Positions 23,418-34,983 are shown, numbered from the whole stretch's first letter. The stretch: DNA of 63,356 bases, filler included, from 8 parts of 8 records of this genome joined end to end with filler, not necessarily neighbours in it, one strand, 5' to 3'. Numbers and translations: made by a program. The notes: generated by a model not told the origin, from the letters alone.

Positions 23418-23538
23418 ATTTTGGGGCTGGATTTTTAAGGGGTAATAAATTCTTCTTGTATAAATTTATCCTGATATTATAGGTCTAACTTGATATTATA
23501 TTAATGAGTTAGGCGATATTTACCCTTTCAGGTGGAAC

Positions 23539-25301
23539 TCACGTTTCAGATCCATTGTTTTCTTTATCAGAGTTTTCATGACCATTTTTCACCCACATGA
23601 ACTTTCTTTGTAATGTGGCTGAATAGTAATTATCCAAAACATCATAGTCCACTTTTTTTCCCCACTCGTGAAAAACGCGCGGATCAATATACGATTTTTG
23701 GCTTGTTCCAAGGTTCCAGGTTCTGTTTTTTGGGCAATGGCCATTTGTGCCTTTAATTTCCCCAACTGAACCCGTGCTTTTTCCTGTCTTTGTTTAGTGG
23801 TCTCGATTCGACGTTTCATTGCCTCAATACGTTTCTGGTAGCGTACCCGGATTTTTTTCTGCTTATCCGATTTAGTTTCAGCCTTGATTTTTTCTTTTGA
23901 TTCAACCCGTAAATCTTTGAGTTTTTCGGTAAATTCTTTCTGCTGTACTTTGTATTTTTCGATTCGTTCTTTAATGCGTTGTTCTCTTTCCTTGTACCGC
24001 TGTTTTCTTTCAGACCAGTTAGTTGGCGCTTGTTTTGTATGATTGCATAAAATCGCTGCTTCTGTATTTGCCTTGGTTGCTGCTTCCCATTTTCTGTATT
24101 CCGGATCATCTTTAACGACATCAGAGCTCTCCAGGCTTTCTCTCACTGCTTTGGAAGCATGGTGAGTACGGAATACCTTGGCTGTTAAACCGGGCATAGC
24201 TTCAGACAGGAAGGAATTTACGTTTCGACTACTGACATCAGGAAAAAGTTGTGGTTTGTTATGAGCAGGATGGTTTCTCTTGTTTTTACCACTTCTGGAT
24301 GGTCTGGCATTTTCAATTAGTTCTTTCAGGTTTTTCTGAACCTGTTCAGAGAGTTCGATCTTTTTGTGCCATAAAACCGAATCCTTACCCAAAAACCTGA
24401 ATTCAGCTGTGCCATTGTTGTGCAGTTTAATATGTTCCGGTCTGAGTGTGGTTGCACCTACCGTATCCGCTTCATCCGGATCTTTTTCATCACCCACTCT
24501 AAGACAAAGTATGTCAATTAGGTGACAGGCTGTTGCGATTTTTCGGATTCGTGCTTTTTCGTTTTCAAGACCGGCTCTGATATGCTCCTGAACCTGTTCA
24601 ATGTTCGAATCCAGTTCAGTTGCTTTGTCAAATTTTTGCGCCTCCCGTTCCTGTTTGATGGGCGCCGTATCATGCAGCCAGATATATTTTAACTTGTTGG
24701 ACAATTTGTCATCCCAGCGGGCTACCCAAAGTGAATCGGGCTGCCAGACGATTTCATTCCATTCACCAGGAGGGGTGGGAGCGTCAGGGCTCAGGTTCAA
24801 GGTAATATCCGATTTTTGGGCCCCTTCTTTCCAGCGTCCTCTAAGAGGATGTTTGCCACGCCCCATAAAGATACCGCTGGGTTCTACGAGGTAATTGGCT
24901 AATTCGATTGTTTCACCGTTTGCTATGGCTGTTCCGTATTCCTCCTTCAAGGCTTCCCGTATCTCTTTCCGTTGTGCAGCCAGGGCTTTACGATCTTCCT
25001 TACTCATCCGTGCTTTTGCTTCCCGTTCGGCAATAACTATATCATGAACCTGTGAAAAATCGATTTCACTTATAACCAGTGTTTTTCTATATCCCAGTTC
25101 TTTGCTGAAATCAGTTAGGAAATTTCGAATGAATACGGAATCTTTTACATATGGAGTACCTAATTTTTTTGCCCATGCAAGAGCCATCTCCTCCTGTTTA
25201 GGCGTAAGCTTTACTTTTTCATCCTTGATGGATATGCAAAGCCCCTGATATTCGGGAGGATCTGGTACAATGACGCCTTTGTGAATCAATTGTTCTAACA
25301 A
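23539..25301 (-). CDS. DNA topoisomerase IB, large eukaryote/thaumarchaeal type; frameshift in A-run 23726-23731
   Basis: HKGVIVP, EPSGIFMGRGKHPLRG, LRVGDEKD, DTVGATTLR, FLGKDS, LTAKVFRT, ILCNH and a coiled-coil linker. The shifted frame gives WNLGTSQKSYIDPR (catalytic Tyr at 23689-23691) and a stop at 23539. Confidence 0.93.
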
Positions 25302-25726
25302 TTTCGTTCTTTTCCTTATTTAACGTTCCTGTAAATTTGAATCCATGAACAACGAGCAATGCTCATGTTTTTAAATATCAAGATGATGAAGAAATATTTT
25401 GCCTACAAATTTAATACCTAAATAAATCAAATCATATAATAAATTGAATTTTTACTAAAATTGCAAGATATTCTTTATTAATTATACGTTATTGATTAAA
25501 TATGAGGTATTCCATTGAGTGTTACTATTTCGGGGCCCTGTTTTGTCGTGGTTGCAAAATATTATGGAACTCCATGTTTTGTAATAATTAAGAGATGTTT
25601 TCTGGTGATTTGTATCGCATACGGTTTTACTTGATTTTAGTGCTTTTTATAAGTAAATTTATATTTATTTTATTCCGGGGTCTGAATAAAACTAGCCAAC
25701 AAATGTAGCTAGTCGTATCAAAAAAA

Positions 25727-25826
25727 NNNNNNNNNNNNNNNNNNNNNNNNNNNNNNNNNNNNNNNNNNNNTTAATTAATTAANNNNNNNNNNNNNNNNNN
25801 NNNNNNNNNNNNNNNNNNNNNNNNNN
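25727..25826. other. Artificial contig linker
   Basis: N-TTAATTAATTAA-N. Confidence 0.99.
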
Positions 25827-26836
25827 GATGGTCTGGCCGCCGCATTCATGGTCGGCCGTAACCACGATAAGGGTTTCATTGGGATGTTTTTTGTAAAAAG
25901 CCACAGCCTCGGCAACGGCATCATCAAAGGCAATGGTATCGTCAATAGCCGCCCTGGCATCATTGGCATGGCAGGCCCAGTCAATCTTCCCCCCTTCAAC
26001 CATCATGAAAAACCCGTCAGGGTTGTCCAGAAGCCGGATCCCCTCCCGGGTAAACCGGGCAAGGGAAATGCCGTTGGCGGGCCGGTCCAGTTCATACCAC
26101 ATGGCCCCGGTTTCTCCGCCGGCATCCTGGAGATTGTCCCGGGCGATGACCCGGGTTCCGGGGTCCTGGGCCTGGAGGGTGGCCAGATCCTCGGTGATGA
26201 TAAACCCGTTATTTTTGGCCCTGGGTTCCACATCCGAATCATTGTCCTTGTTCCAATGCCCCCCGGCAAAATAGTCAAAATCAGAATCGGCCAGCTGCTC
26301 GGCAATCTCATAATAATTTTTCCGGGTGGCGGTGTGAGAATAAAACACAGCCGGGGTGGCGTGGTTGATGGTAACCGAAGAGACAATCCCCACTTTCATC
26401 CCCTTTTCTTTGGCTTTCTCGGCCAGGGAATTATAGGGTCTGGTGGTGGTGGGATCCATGGAAATTACATTGATATTGGTTTTCATGCCGCAGGCCAGGG
26501 CCGTACCTGCAGCAGCAGAACCGGTGATCAGGCGATTGTTGGCATAGGTAGTGGTCATCCCCTGAACCGGAAACCGGCTCAGGGTTAACAATTCTGCTTT
26601 TTCCCCCCGGCCGCGGCATCGTCCTGCTGGAGGGCGGCCAGGTAGGCTTCTGCCGCATGGATCTGGACGCTGGCCATACCGTCACCGATAAAATAAAACA
26701 GATATTTGGGGGCAAAGTTGCTCCGTTTGGCACCCTTTTTCGGGGCAGCAAAACCGATTGCCGCACTCAGGGTCAGGCAGGTCAGGCAGATCGCTGCCAG
26801 ACGTCCGGATTTGATCATAAGACGTAAACACCTCAT
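25827..26836 (-). CDS. Alkaline phosphatase PhoA family (3' truncated; frameshift in homopolymers at about 26597-26608)
   Basis: Signal peptide, FIGDGM, ITGSAAAGTALA, HATPA, MVEGGKIDWACH, TADHE. Confidence 0.9.
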
Positions 26837-27217
26837 TTTTCACGACTCCTCATATTTAATTCAATTACGGGTATTGGATAAAACAAACGGTATAAACCAC
26901 AAAATTGACTGGCCTTTTGGGTTACCACCTCCTTTCCTTTGAGCGGCCGGGCCTTTGATAAAAAAGCTTTTGTGCGGATCCGGCCACCTGCCTTCCCGGA
27001 GGAAGGCCCGAAAGAAAGATATGTCCGGAAACCTGAATGAACTGGCCTGCAATTGGGGGCACTATATAGGTCGGACGCTTGTATCCGATTAGCCAAATAA
27101 AAGGAAATGATTTGGATGATGACAAGAGCCCCCTCACGGTTTTAGTCCTTGACAGGATCTTGGAGATCTCATAGATTGCCTCAAAAAATTAGGAAAACCA
27201 AACAAGAAAGGATATCC

Positions 27218-28213
27218 ATGGCGTCCCAGGGATTGCCCCGGCAGGACCGGCCCGGACCTTCACAAATTATCACAGCCATGCCCTCTGACACAGAACCGGG
27301 ACAGGACCGAAACATAAATCTGCGCCCGGGAATGAGCCTGGTCTTTACGGATTTCACCACCACCGCCCCCTTTGAAACCCGGGTGGCAGAAACCGCCGCC
27401 CCCCTGGAATTCTGCTTCTGCCTCAAAGGCGGTGTCCGCTGCCTGGTCCCCGACCTTAAGGAAGAATTTGAAATCACCAGGGGACAGTGCAATATCAGCT
27501 TCTTCCCCACCCAAGAGGCATGATGGCCTTTCCCCCATCATCCAGGATTCACTTTTTGACCCTGCGCATCACCCCCCAGGCTCTTGAACAGATGCTCAAA
27601 AGCTGTAAAGCCCCCTGCCCGGAGCGCTCACACGGATCGCCCAGGGCCGGCCCGCTCTTTTTTCAAGGCCGGTCCCCCTTCGGCCGCCATGGAAATGGCG
27701 GTCCACCAAATCGCCAACTGCGCCTATTCCGGCCAATTTGCCGCCCTTTATCTCGAAGGCATGGCCATTGAACTTCTGGCCCACAGCCTGGATCTGCTGG
27801 CTGCTGCCCCCAAGCCAGAGCCGAATCTTAGTGCCAGGGACATGGAACGGATCAGAGAGGCCCGGCATCTTCTGGCCCAGGATATCCTGAATCCCCCTTC
27901 CCTGGTGGAACTGGCCCGGAAGGTGGGAATCAATGATTTTAAGCTTAAAAAAGGATTCCGCCAATTGTTCGGCACCACGGTATTCGGGTTTGTCCACCAC
28001 CGGCGCATGGCCGATGCCCGGCAGATGCTCCAGGACGGCCGTTTCAATGTGACCGAAGTGGCCGGTGCCGTGGGGTACACCAATCCCAGCCATTTTGCCG
28101 CAGCCTTCCGTAAACGCTTCGGGATTAACCCCAGTGCACTTCTCACAGAGGCCCGCCGGAATACTTCCGGAAAAACAGCTGCCCGGGTCGGGCATCATCC
28201 GTCCCGGGGCTGA
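27218..28213 (+). CDS. AraC-family (PchR-like) transcriptional regulator, at least two frameshifts
   Basis: C-terminal PPSLVELARKVGINDFKLKKGFRQLFGTTVFG...VGYTNPSHFAAAFRKRFG. The N-terminal parts lie in ORFs 27149 and 27487. Confidence 0.85.
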
Positions 28214-28278
28214 AAAAATCCGTTTCAGGGTGGTGAATATCCGTGTCCTGGACTATTCAGTTAGGCCAACCTTATAAT
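28213..28278 (+). promoter_or_regulatory. Putative AraC-activated promoter with tandem direct repeats
   Basis: ATCCGTTTCAGG (28218) and ATCCGTGTCCTG (28239) are 21 bp apart; TGGACT at 28249-28254 and TATAAT at 28273-28278. Confidence 0.6.
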
Positions 28279-28302
28279 TCTTTATAAAAGGAGAAATTTT
28301 AG

Positions 28303-30428
28303 ATGAAACCAAGACCATGGGGCCTGCTTTTGGCAGGCCTTCTACTTCTGGGTACGGGGTCCCAGGGGATGGCAGCCTCCCAGACGCCGGCCCAAAAGGA
28401 CGGGCACACCCTTGAATCCATTACTATAACAGCGGAAAAACGAAAGCAGAACCTCCAGGAAGTCACAAACAGCGTCACCGTGCTTTCGGACCTTAATATC
28501 GAGGATGCCGGCATTAAATCCACCTTTGACATCCATTCCCAGGTACCCAACCTCAGGAGCTTTGAAACGGCCAGCCGGGTCTACTTCAGTATATTCAATT
28601 TCAGGGGCATCGCCAATACGGCATTCGGGGATCCGGCGTTCACCCTTTATATAGATGATGTGCCTGCCACGGATTTTTACGATTTTAACAACACCCTTTT
28701 TGATATCCAACGCATTGAGGTGCTCAGGGGCCCCCAGGGCACATTATACGGCCAGAACACCGAAGCCGGGGTCATCAACATTATTTCCAAAAAACCGGGA
28801 AACACCCTTGAGGGACGGGTACAAACGGAAATCACCAATTATGCCGGCCGGGAAATTTCTGCAGGCATCCGGGGGCCCATTGTCCAGGATAAACTCTTTT
28901 TCGGTTTTTCAGGCCTGACAGGAGAACGGGAGGGATATGTGGAAAACATCCACACCGGAGAAGATGTGGACAGCCGAAAGACCCTCAGCGGCCGGGGCCA
29001 GCTCAGATGGACCCCTCCAAAGACCTGGACCTCATGCTCACCCTTGCTGGAGAAGACTTTGATGACGGGGGATGGTCCTACCTGCCCCAGGATAGAAACG
29101 CCTATGCCCAGATGTTCGGCAGCCCGGATATCGGGGAATTCCAGACATGGACCGACCACAGGGGCAAGGCGGACCTGAGCCGGGACAGCCAGGCCCTGAG
29201 GATTTCATGGGATCTGCCCGGCATGAACCTGGTTGCCGTGACCGCCCGGAAACATTTAGACAGCCAGGATACATTGGACGGAGATTTTACCATCCAGCCC
29301 ATGTTTATCGGCTTTAACCGGAACAAGACCACCCATTGGAGCCAGGAAATCCGTCTGGCCTCGGCAGATCTCGGGGCCCCCCTCTCCTGGATTATCGGGG
29401 GGTATTACAGCCATAAGGATGCCCGCTGGCTCACCGGATATCAATCCGATATGGACAACGGGTTCGGCCAGGGCCTGCCCAAAGGGGTGCGCCAGGAATA
29501 TGATGCCGATTTTGAGGCCAAAACCTATGCCGTATTCGGGAAAGCAGGGTACCGCTTTTTTAACCAGGCACTGGGGATCAACGCAGGCCTCCGTTTTGAA
29601 CAAGCGGAACGGGCCATGGAGCGGGATATCCGCTTTAATAACCTTCCCACTGCCCCCCATGTGGATGATGAGCAGAAAAACCGGGTCATCCTGCCCAAAA
29701 TCGCCCTGGACTACAGGTTCACCCCTGATATCATGTGCTATACCAGTGCGGCCAAGGGATACCGGGCCGGGGGATTCAGCCATGCGGTCAGTGACCCGGC
29801 ATATGTGGCATTTGACCCCGAGACCATCTGGACCTATGAACTGGGTGCCAGGACCACCTGGCTCAACCGCAGGCTCATGGTCAACCTCACTGGATTTTAT
29901 TCGGATGTAAAGGATTTCCAGGATTCAGTCCACCTGGACCCCATGACCGTGATCCAGACCAATGCGGCCGAAGCCGCCATCTGGGGCCTGGAAGCGGAAA
30001 TTTCCTTCCGCCCCGTTGCAGGCCTGGACATCACAGGCTCCCTGGGATGGATCAATGCCCGGTATGAAGATTACAGGGAAGATGCCACGGGAAAGGATTT
30101 CAGCGATAATAAGGTCATCCAGACCCCGGAATGCGAATATAACCTGGCGGTCCAGTACCGGTTCCCCTGGGGTCTCTATCTTCGGGCCGAGGCCGACGGC
30201 AATACCGGGTATTATTTTGACCGGGCCAACCAGTACGACCAGGACGGGTATATCCTTTTCCACGCCAAAGCCGGCTTTGAGACGGAAAACTGGGATATCA
30301 CCTTTTTCGGTTCCAACCTGGGGGACAAAGAATACCACCTGGCCGGAAGCGAAATTGCCCCGGGCCTGATCATGGGCAATGTGGGTGCACCCAGGACCCT
30401 GGGCTGCACGGTCAGCTACCGGTTCTGA
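28303..30428 (+). CDS. TonB-dependent receptor (siderophore/metal type); frameshift in C-run at about 29012-29015
   Basis: Signal peptide, TonB box LESITITAEK, RIEVLRGPQGTLYG, GYRAGGF, C-terminal PRTLGCTVSYRF. Confidence 0.92.
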
Positions 30429-30444
30429 TAGGACCAGCCCAATA

Positions 30445-30489
30445 AAAAAGCCGGGAAGGACTGCCCATAGGGCGCCTTCCCGGCTTTTT
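30445..30489. terminator. Bidirectional terminator
   Basis: AAAAAGCCGGGAAGG/CCTTCCCGGCTTTTT between convergent genes. Confidence 0.85.
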
Positions 30490-30523
30490 CATTTTCCTCA
30501 GTGGGAAACCATAAGGGTATATC

Positions 30524-30886
30524 TTATATCTTTTTTCTTCTACCGACTCCGGCCAGGCCTATAAGTCCCAGACCGAAAAGAGCCATTGTGGCGGGTTCCG
30601 GTACTGGGGCATTGGCAAGCCCCAAAAGCCCTTCACCCATGGACTCTAAATTGGCACCGGTCACCGATGGTGTATAATCGCCCCCCTGAATCCAATTGAT
30701 CAAAGCAGTTGAATCATAAATCCCGTAAAGGCTCTTAACATAAGTGGCATATCCTGTATCCTGCCATCCGCTCAGAGGCGTCTGCAGTAAAACATTCAAG
30801 GCCTCTTGTTCCAGATCCTTTTCATCTGACGTGCCATTGTTAAGGATATCACCGAAAAAGGAGGCTTCGAGCACGCCGACAATTCC
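30524..30886 (-). CDS. PEP-CTERM sorting-domain protein (5' truncated)
   Basis: C-terminal VPEPATMALFGLGLIGLAGVGRRKKI. Confidence 0.92.
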   Translation of the reverse strand, partial: GIVGVLEASFFGDILNNGTSDEKDLEQEALNVLLQTPLSGWQDTGYATYVKSLYGIYDSTALINWIQGGDYTPSVTGANLESMGEGLLGLANAPVPEPATMALFGLGLIGLAGVGRRKKI

Positions 30887-30986
30887 NNNNNNNNNNNNNN
30901 NNNNNNNNNNNNNNNNNNNNNNNNNNNNNNTTAATTAATTAANNNNNNNNNNNNNNNNNNNNNNNNNNNNNNNNNNNNNNNNNNNN
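30887..30986. other. Artificial contig linker
   Basis: N-TTAATTAATTAA-N. Confidence 0.99.
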
Positions 30987-32125
30987 GAATTCTGTGTACC
31001 CGGACGACGAATAAAATTGCATCCTGATGATTATTTCGCCTTGGGTGGGAAAAGAGGGGGAATAGATGAGCGATGGTTCAGTTCGACTACTCCTGCAGAT
31101 AATGGTCCCTTAACTGGAGAATTTGAAGGGATGTCTTTTGTTGTGGCAGGTGTTAAAGAATCTTCGGAGCTAGTACTTCTTAAAGATGTAATTGAGGATA
31201 TGAAAGAAGATGTTGTTGGAGAAAAAATATGGAATACATTTCACGGATGGCCAATGTTTTCCAAATTTTTGATAATAAAAAAGCTCTTCCGTTTCATATT
31301 CATCATGATGATACACATGCATCAAATATCGGTCAGTTAGGGAAACCAGAGGCCTATTATTTCTCACCTCAAGTAAATAATTATGGTGGAGATTTCCCTT
31401 ATACTTTTTTTGGGTTTAATCCTGGGACGACAAAAGATGAACTCAGGCAGTGTCTAATCGACTTCACAAAAGGGGATAATCATATCACCAGTATTTCAAG
31501 AGCATTTAGATTGGATACAGGAACGGGTTGGGATGTTCCACCTGGAGTACTTCATGCACCTGGAAGTCTATGCACATATGAACCCCAGAGAGCTTCTGAT
31601 GTCTATGCTATGTACGAATCACTAACAGGTGATGCTATAGTGGATGAATCACTTCTGTGGAAGGATTGCCCCCTGGAATATAAAGGAGATTTTGATTATC
31701 TGATTGATATGGTTGATTGGGATATGAATACTGACCCAGATTTCAAAAAAAATCGGTTTATGCTGCCGATACCTGTTATTGATGAAAAAGAAATGCAAGA
31801 AGAAGGATATATAGAAAACTGGATTATTTATAAATCAAACGATTTTAGTGCTAAAGAACTTACTGTTTTACCCGGTAGAACGGTTTCAATTTCTGACAAT
31901 GCGCCTTATGGGCTGATCATTCTTCAGGGACATGGGACACTAGGGAAGTGGGAAGTTGAATCTCCTGCACTTATACGGTTTGGACAACTTACTTTTGATG
32001 AGTTTTTTGTTTCTGAATCTGCCGCAAAATCTGGTGTGACAATAAGCAATCCCTCATCATCGGATCCGATAGTAATGCTTAAACATTTCGGACCGGAGAA
32101 TCCAGATCTTATAAAAATAAAATAA
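30987..32125 (+). CDS. Mannose-6-phosphate isomerase-like cupin (5' truncated; frameshift in T-run at about 31266-31269)
   Basis: ERW, KFFDN..LPFHIH, KPEAYYF, VPPGVLHAPG, YEPQRASD metal-ligand pattern. Confidence 0.7.
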
Positions 32126-32164
32126 GACTATAAAAATTTCCTGAAGATTGAGAGTTAGTGGCAA

Positions 32165-32821
32165 ATGAAAAGGATATTTATTATAGGGGATAGTATCTCA
32201 TTACATTATGGCCCTTACCTAGAGCAATATCTTAAAGGGGTTTTCCATTATTCGAGAAAAGAGGGAAATCCCAAGTCCTATTTTGAGCTTGACGACCCTT
32301 GGGGTGCAAATGGTGGGGATTCAGCTATGGTCCTATCATATGTTAATGCAATGAAAAACACCGGGGGTATTGATGCTGATTATATTCTCATTAATTGCGG
32401 TTTGCATGATCTTAGAAGACATATTGAGAATGATTCTTATAATTTAGAACCACAAAAATATCTAACCAATTTACAAAGGATTAATACAGTTGTAAGTGAG
32501 ATGGAAATACCAATGATTTGGATTCAGACTACCCATGTAAATGATTTCATTCACAACAGGAATTCAATTGTAAAGGAGAAAAAATTCAGACGGTATAATT
32601 CAGATTGTATCGCTTATAATGAATTGTCTTATAGGTTGTTTACTAAACTCAGAATTCCAATTATTGACTTATATACGTTCACGTTAAATTTAGGGAGCGA
32701 TCTTTTCTGTGACCATGTGCACTTTAAAAAACATGTACGTGAAAAGCAGGCGGCGTATATAGCAGGGTGGATAAGAGCTTATGATGCTAAAGCAACTCGT
32801 ATTCCTAATTTCCGATTATAA
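32165..32821 (+). CDS. SGNH/GDSL hydrolase
   Basis: GDSI, NCGLHD and DHVH blocks. Confidence 0.88.
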   Translation: MKRIFIIGDSISLHYGPYLEQYLKGVFHYSRKEGNPKSYFELDDPWGANGGDSAMVLSYVNAMKNTGGIDADYILINCGLHDLRRHIENDSYNLEPQKYLTNLQRINTVVSEMEIPMIWIQTTHVNDFIHNRNSIVKEKKFRRYNSDCIAYNELSYRLFTKLRIPIIDLYTFTLNLGSDLFCDHVHFKKHVREKQAAYIAGWIRAYDAKATRIPNFRL

Positions 32822-32879
32822 ATAATCATAGAATAAACTATGTAACCTAACCACTCCCCAAAACCAACCAAGCTAATAC

Positions 32880-33458
32880 CTACAAGCCTGGAACAAGATC
32901 TTTCAACACCTGACGGGCTTCGGCAAAGCTGGTGTTAGCAAAGCCGCCGTAACCGGGCTCTTCGGAGAGGTGGAACCCCTCCCTGCGATATATTCTCACA
33001 GCCGGCCAGCTCCAGGTCTGGGTTTTTAGGCCGATATCAACATCACCTTCCAGCTGCACAGCAAGATTAATCCCGCTTGCTACCAGAAACGTACCGATAC
33101 CGCGGCCCTGGTATTCGGGTCGCACGGCAACCCAGTGAATCCACGGATACTTCCGGATATCAGGACGAGGCCACCAGACGGCGAGGTTGCCGACGGGAAG
33201 ACCACCCTCGTTCAGGGCAAACAGGCACCGCTTATACAGGTCCACCTTCCAAGGGCCGAAATCGTTGTTGAAGCGGGAGAGCGCTTTCTGTTCATCCGGG
33301 AATTCTCCAGCCGCAGTTTCTATTGCTGCCCAATGGTTTTCGTCGCCGTCACGATAGGTTCGTATGGTGATACCCTGCGGTGCGTGTACTTTGGGGAGAG
33401 GAGTACCGGCAGATCGTTTCATGAGAATGTCGTAAAACGGCAGGCTTTTGTCCAGCAT
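32880..33458 (-). CDS. GNAT N-acetyltransferase
   Basis: HWVAVRPEYQGRGIG acetyl-CoA motif; AVRIYRREGF. Confidence 0.9.
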   Translation of the reverse strand: MLDKSLPFYDILMKRSAGTPLPKVHAPQGITIRTYRDGDENHWAAIETAAGEFPDEQKALSRFNNDFGPWKVDLYKRCLFALNEGGLPVGNLAVWWPRPDIRKYPWIHWVAVRPEYQGRGIGTFLVASGINLAVQLEGDVDIGLKTQTWSWPAVRIYRREGFHLSEEPGYGGFANTSFAEARQVLKDLVPGL

Positions 33459-33770
33459 GAGTTGTTTCTTCCTTTATGTTAGACTGCAGCAAAAACAATA
33501 CATAGTGTGTAAACTATTGCATGTTTCCCCCAAATCTTTATTTATTACACTTCAGCTCAATCATACCATTGGATTTTAATGATACTCAATGATCATTCAG
33601 TTCATAATTTCCAAATCGTGAACAGCAATTGAAACAATAACAACATTTATTGCAGATCTACTCATTCCTCCTCAATAAATTATTGTAATAATTTGGGATA
33701 AGTATACTTGAAAATTTAAATTATTGGAGTACAATCAAATTATATAGCAAAAATTTTGGAGTGTAGTCCA

Positions 33771-34983
33771 ATGGTTGATAATTTAATCACTATATATAAA
33801 CGGCTGTTACAGCATACAGAGTATAAACACCATAGATACTTGTATAATGATTTTAACATCGACAACAGAATAACAGGTCTCATAGGTCCGCGCGGCACAG
33901 GTAAAACAACGTTATTACTGCAATATATAAAAGAAAAGATCTCCGATATTGATGAATGTATCTATGCATCAATCGATAATATCTATTTCACCAGAAATAC
34001 CCTGTTTGATTTTGTAAATACATTATACGAAGAGAATGGGGTAAGATATTTCTTCCTGGATGAAATTCATAAATACCCAAATTGGAACCAGGAATTGAAA
34101 AATGTTTATGATTCATTTCCTGATATAAAAATTGTATTTTCAGGAAGCTCTAGTCTGGACTTAACAAAAGGTACATACGACCTTTCAAGACGAAGTGCTC
34201 TGTATAGATTAAAAGGACTATCCTTTAGGGAATATCTGTTATTCAATGGTATAGCTGATACGGGAACAGTTTCATTACAGGACCTTATATCGAACAAATC
34301 CACATTTGAAACACAGATAGCGAAAATAAAAAAACTAAAAGGTTTTTTCAAGGAATATCTTGGCAATGGGTACTATCCGTTTGTTCTAGAAGGTATTTCA
34401 ACATACAGCCAAAAAATTCAGCGAATTATAGATAAAACTGTTTTTGAGGATATTGCCCAGCATTACAATCTAAAAACAAATAATTTGACCAGTTTTAAAA
34501 GAATTTTTAGCATATATGGCTACAATCCCACCTGGTGAATTAAATCGAAATAGTATTTCCAGAAATATTGGTCTTGATAATAAAACCATCCAGTACTATT
34601 TGGAAATACTGCAGGAAACAGGATTGATTACTTTGCTATCATTAAACAAAGCTGGAAGTAATATCTTAAAGAAAACAGAAAAGATTTACTTAGAAAATCC
34701 GGATATCTATAATTCAATATCAAAAGGAATAGGATTCAATTCTCAAATTGGAACAATAAGAGAAATATTTTTTATCAATATGGTAAAGAATGCAGAATAT
34801 GATATCCATGTGAGTACTATTGGCGATTTTGAAATTGATGGAAAAGTATTTGAGATTGGTGGTAAAAATAAGGATAGGAAGCAAATTAAAGAAAGTAGGT
34901 CTAATGGGTATATTGTAAAGGATGATATTCTTTATGGCTCAAAAATAGAAATACCACTGCATCTATTCGGGTTTTTATATTAA
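33771..34983 (+). CDS. AAA+ ATPase (AAA_14/DUF4143 type); frameshift in T-run 34504-34508
   Basis: GPRGTGKTT, FLDEIHKYPNW, SGSSSL, GLSFREYL, GYYPF; C-terminal KIYLEN, GTIREIFF, FEIGGKNK. Confidence 0.88.

Noticed and set aside
26921-26940. CACCTCCTTT resembling the 3' end of 16S rRNA
   Set aside because: No rRNA sequence around it; it is the complement of an SD-like sequence.
25848-30409. Long alternative-frame and antisense ORFs in contig C
   Set aside because: Shadow ORFs of GC-rich genes, with no recognisable motifs.
33771-34983. AAA ATPase as an anti-phage defence gene
   Set aside because: A widespread stand-alone family with no defence-system neighbours here.
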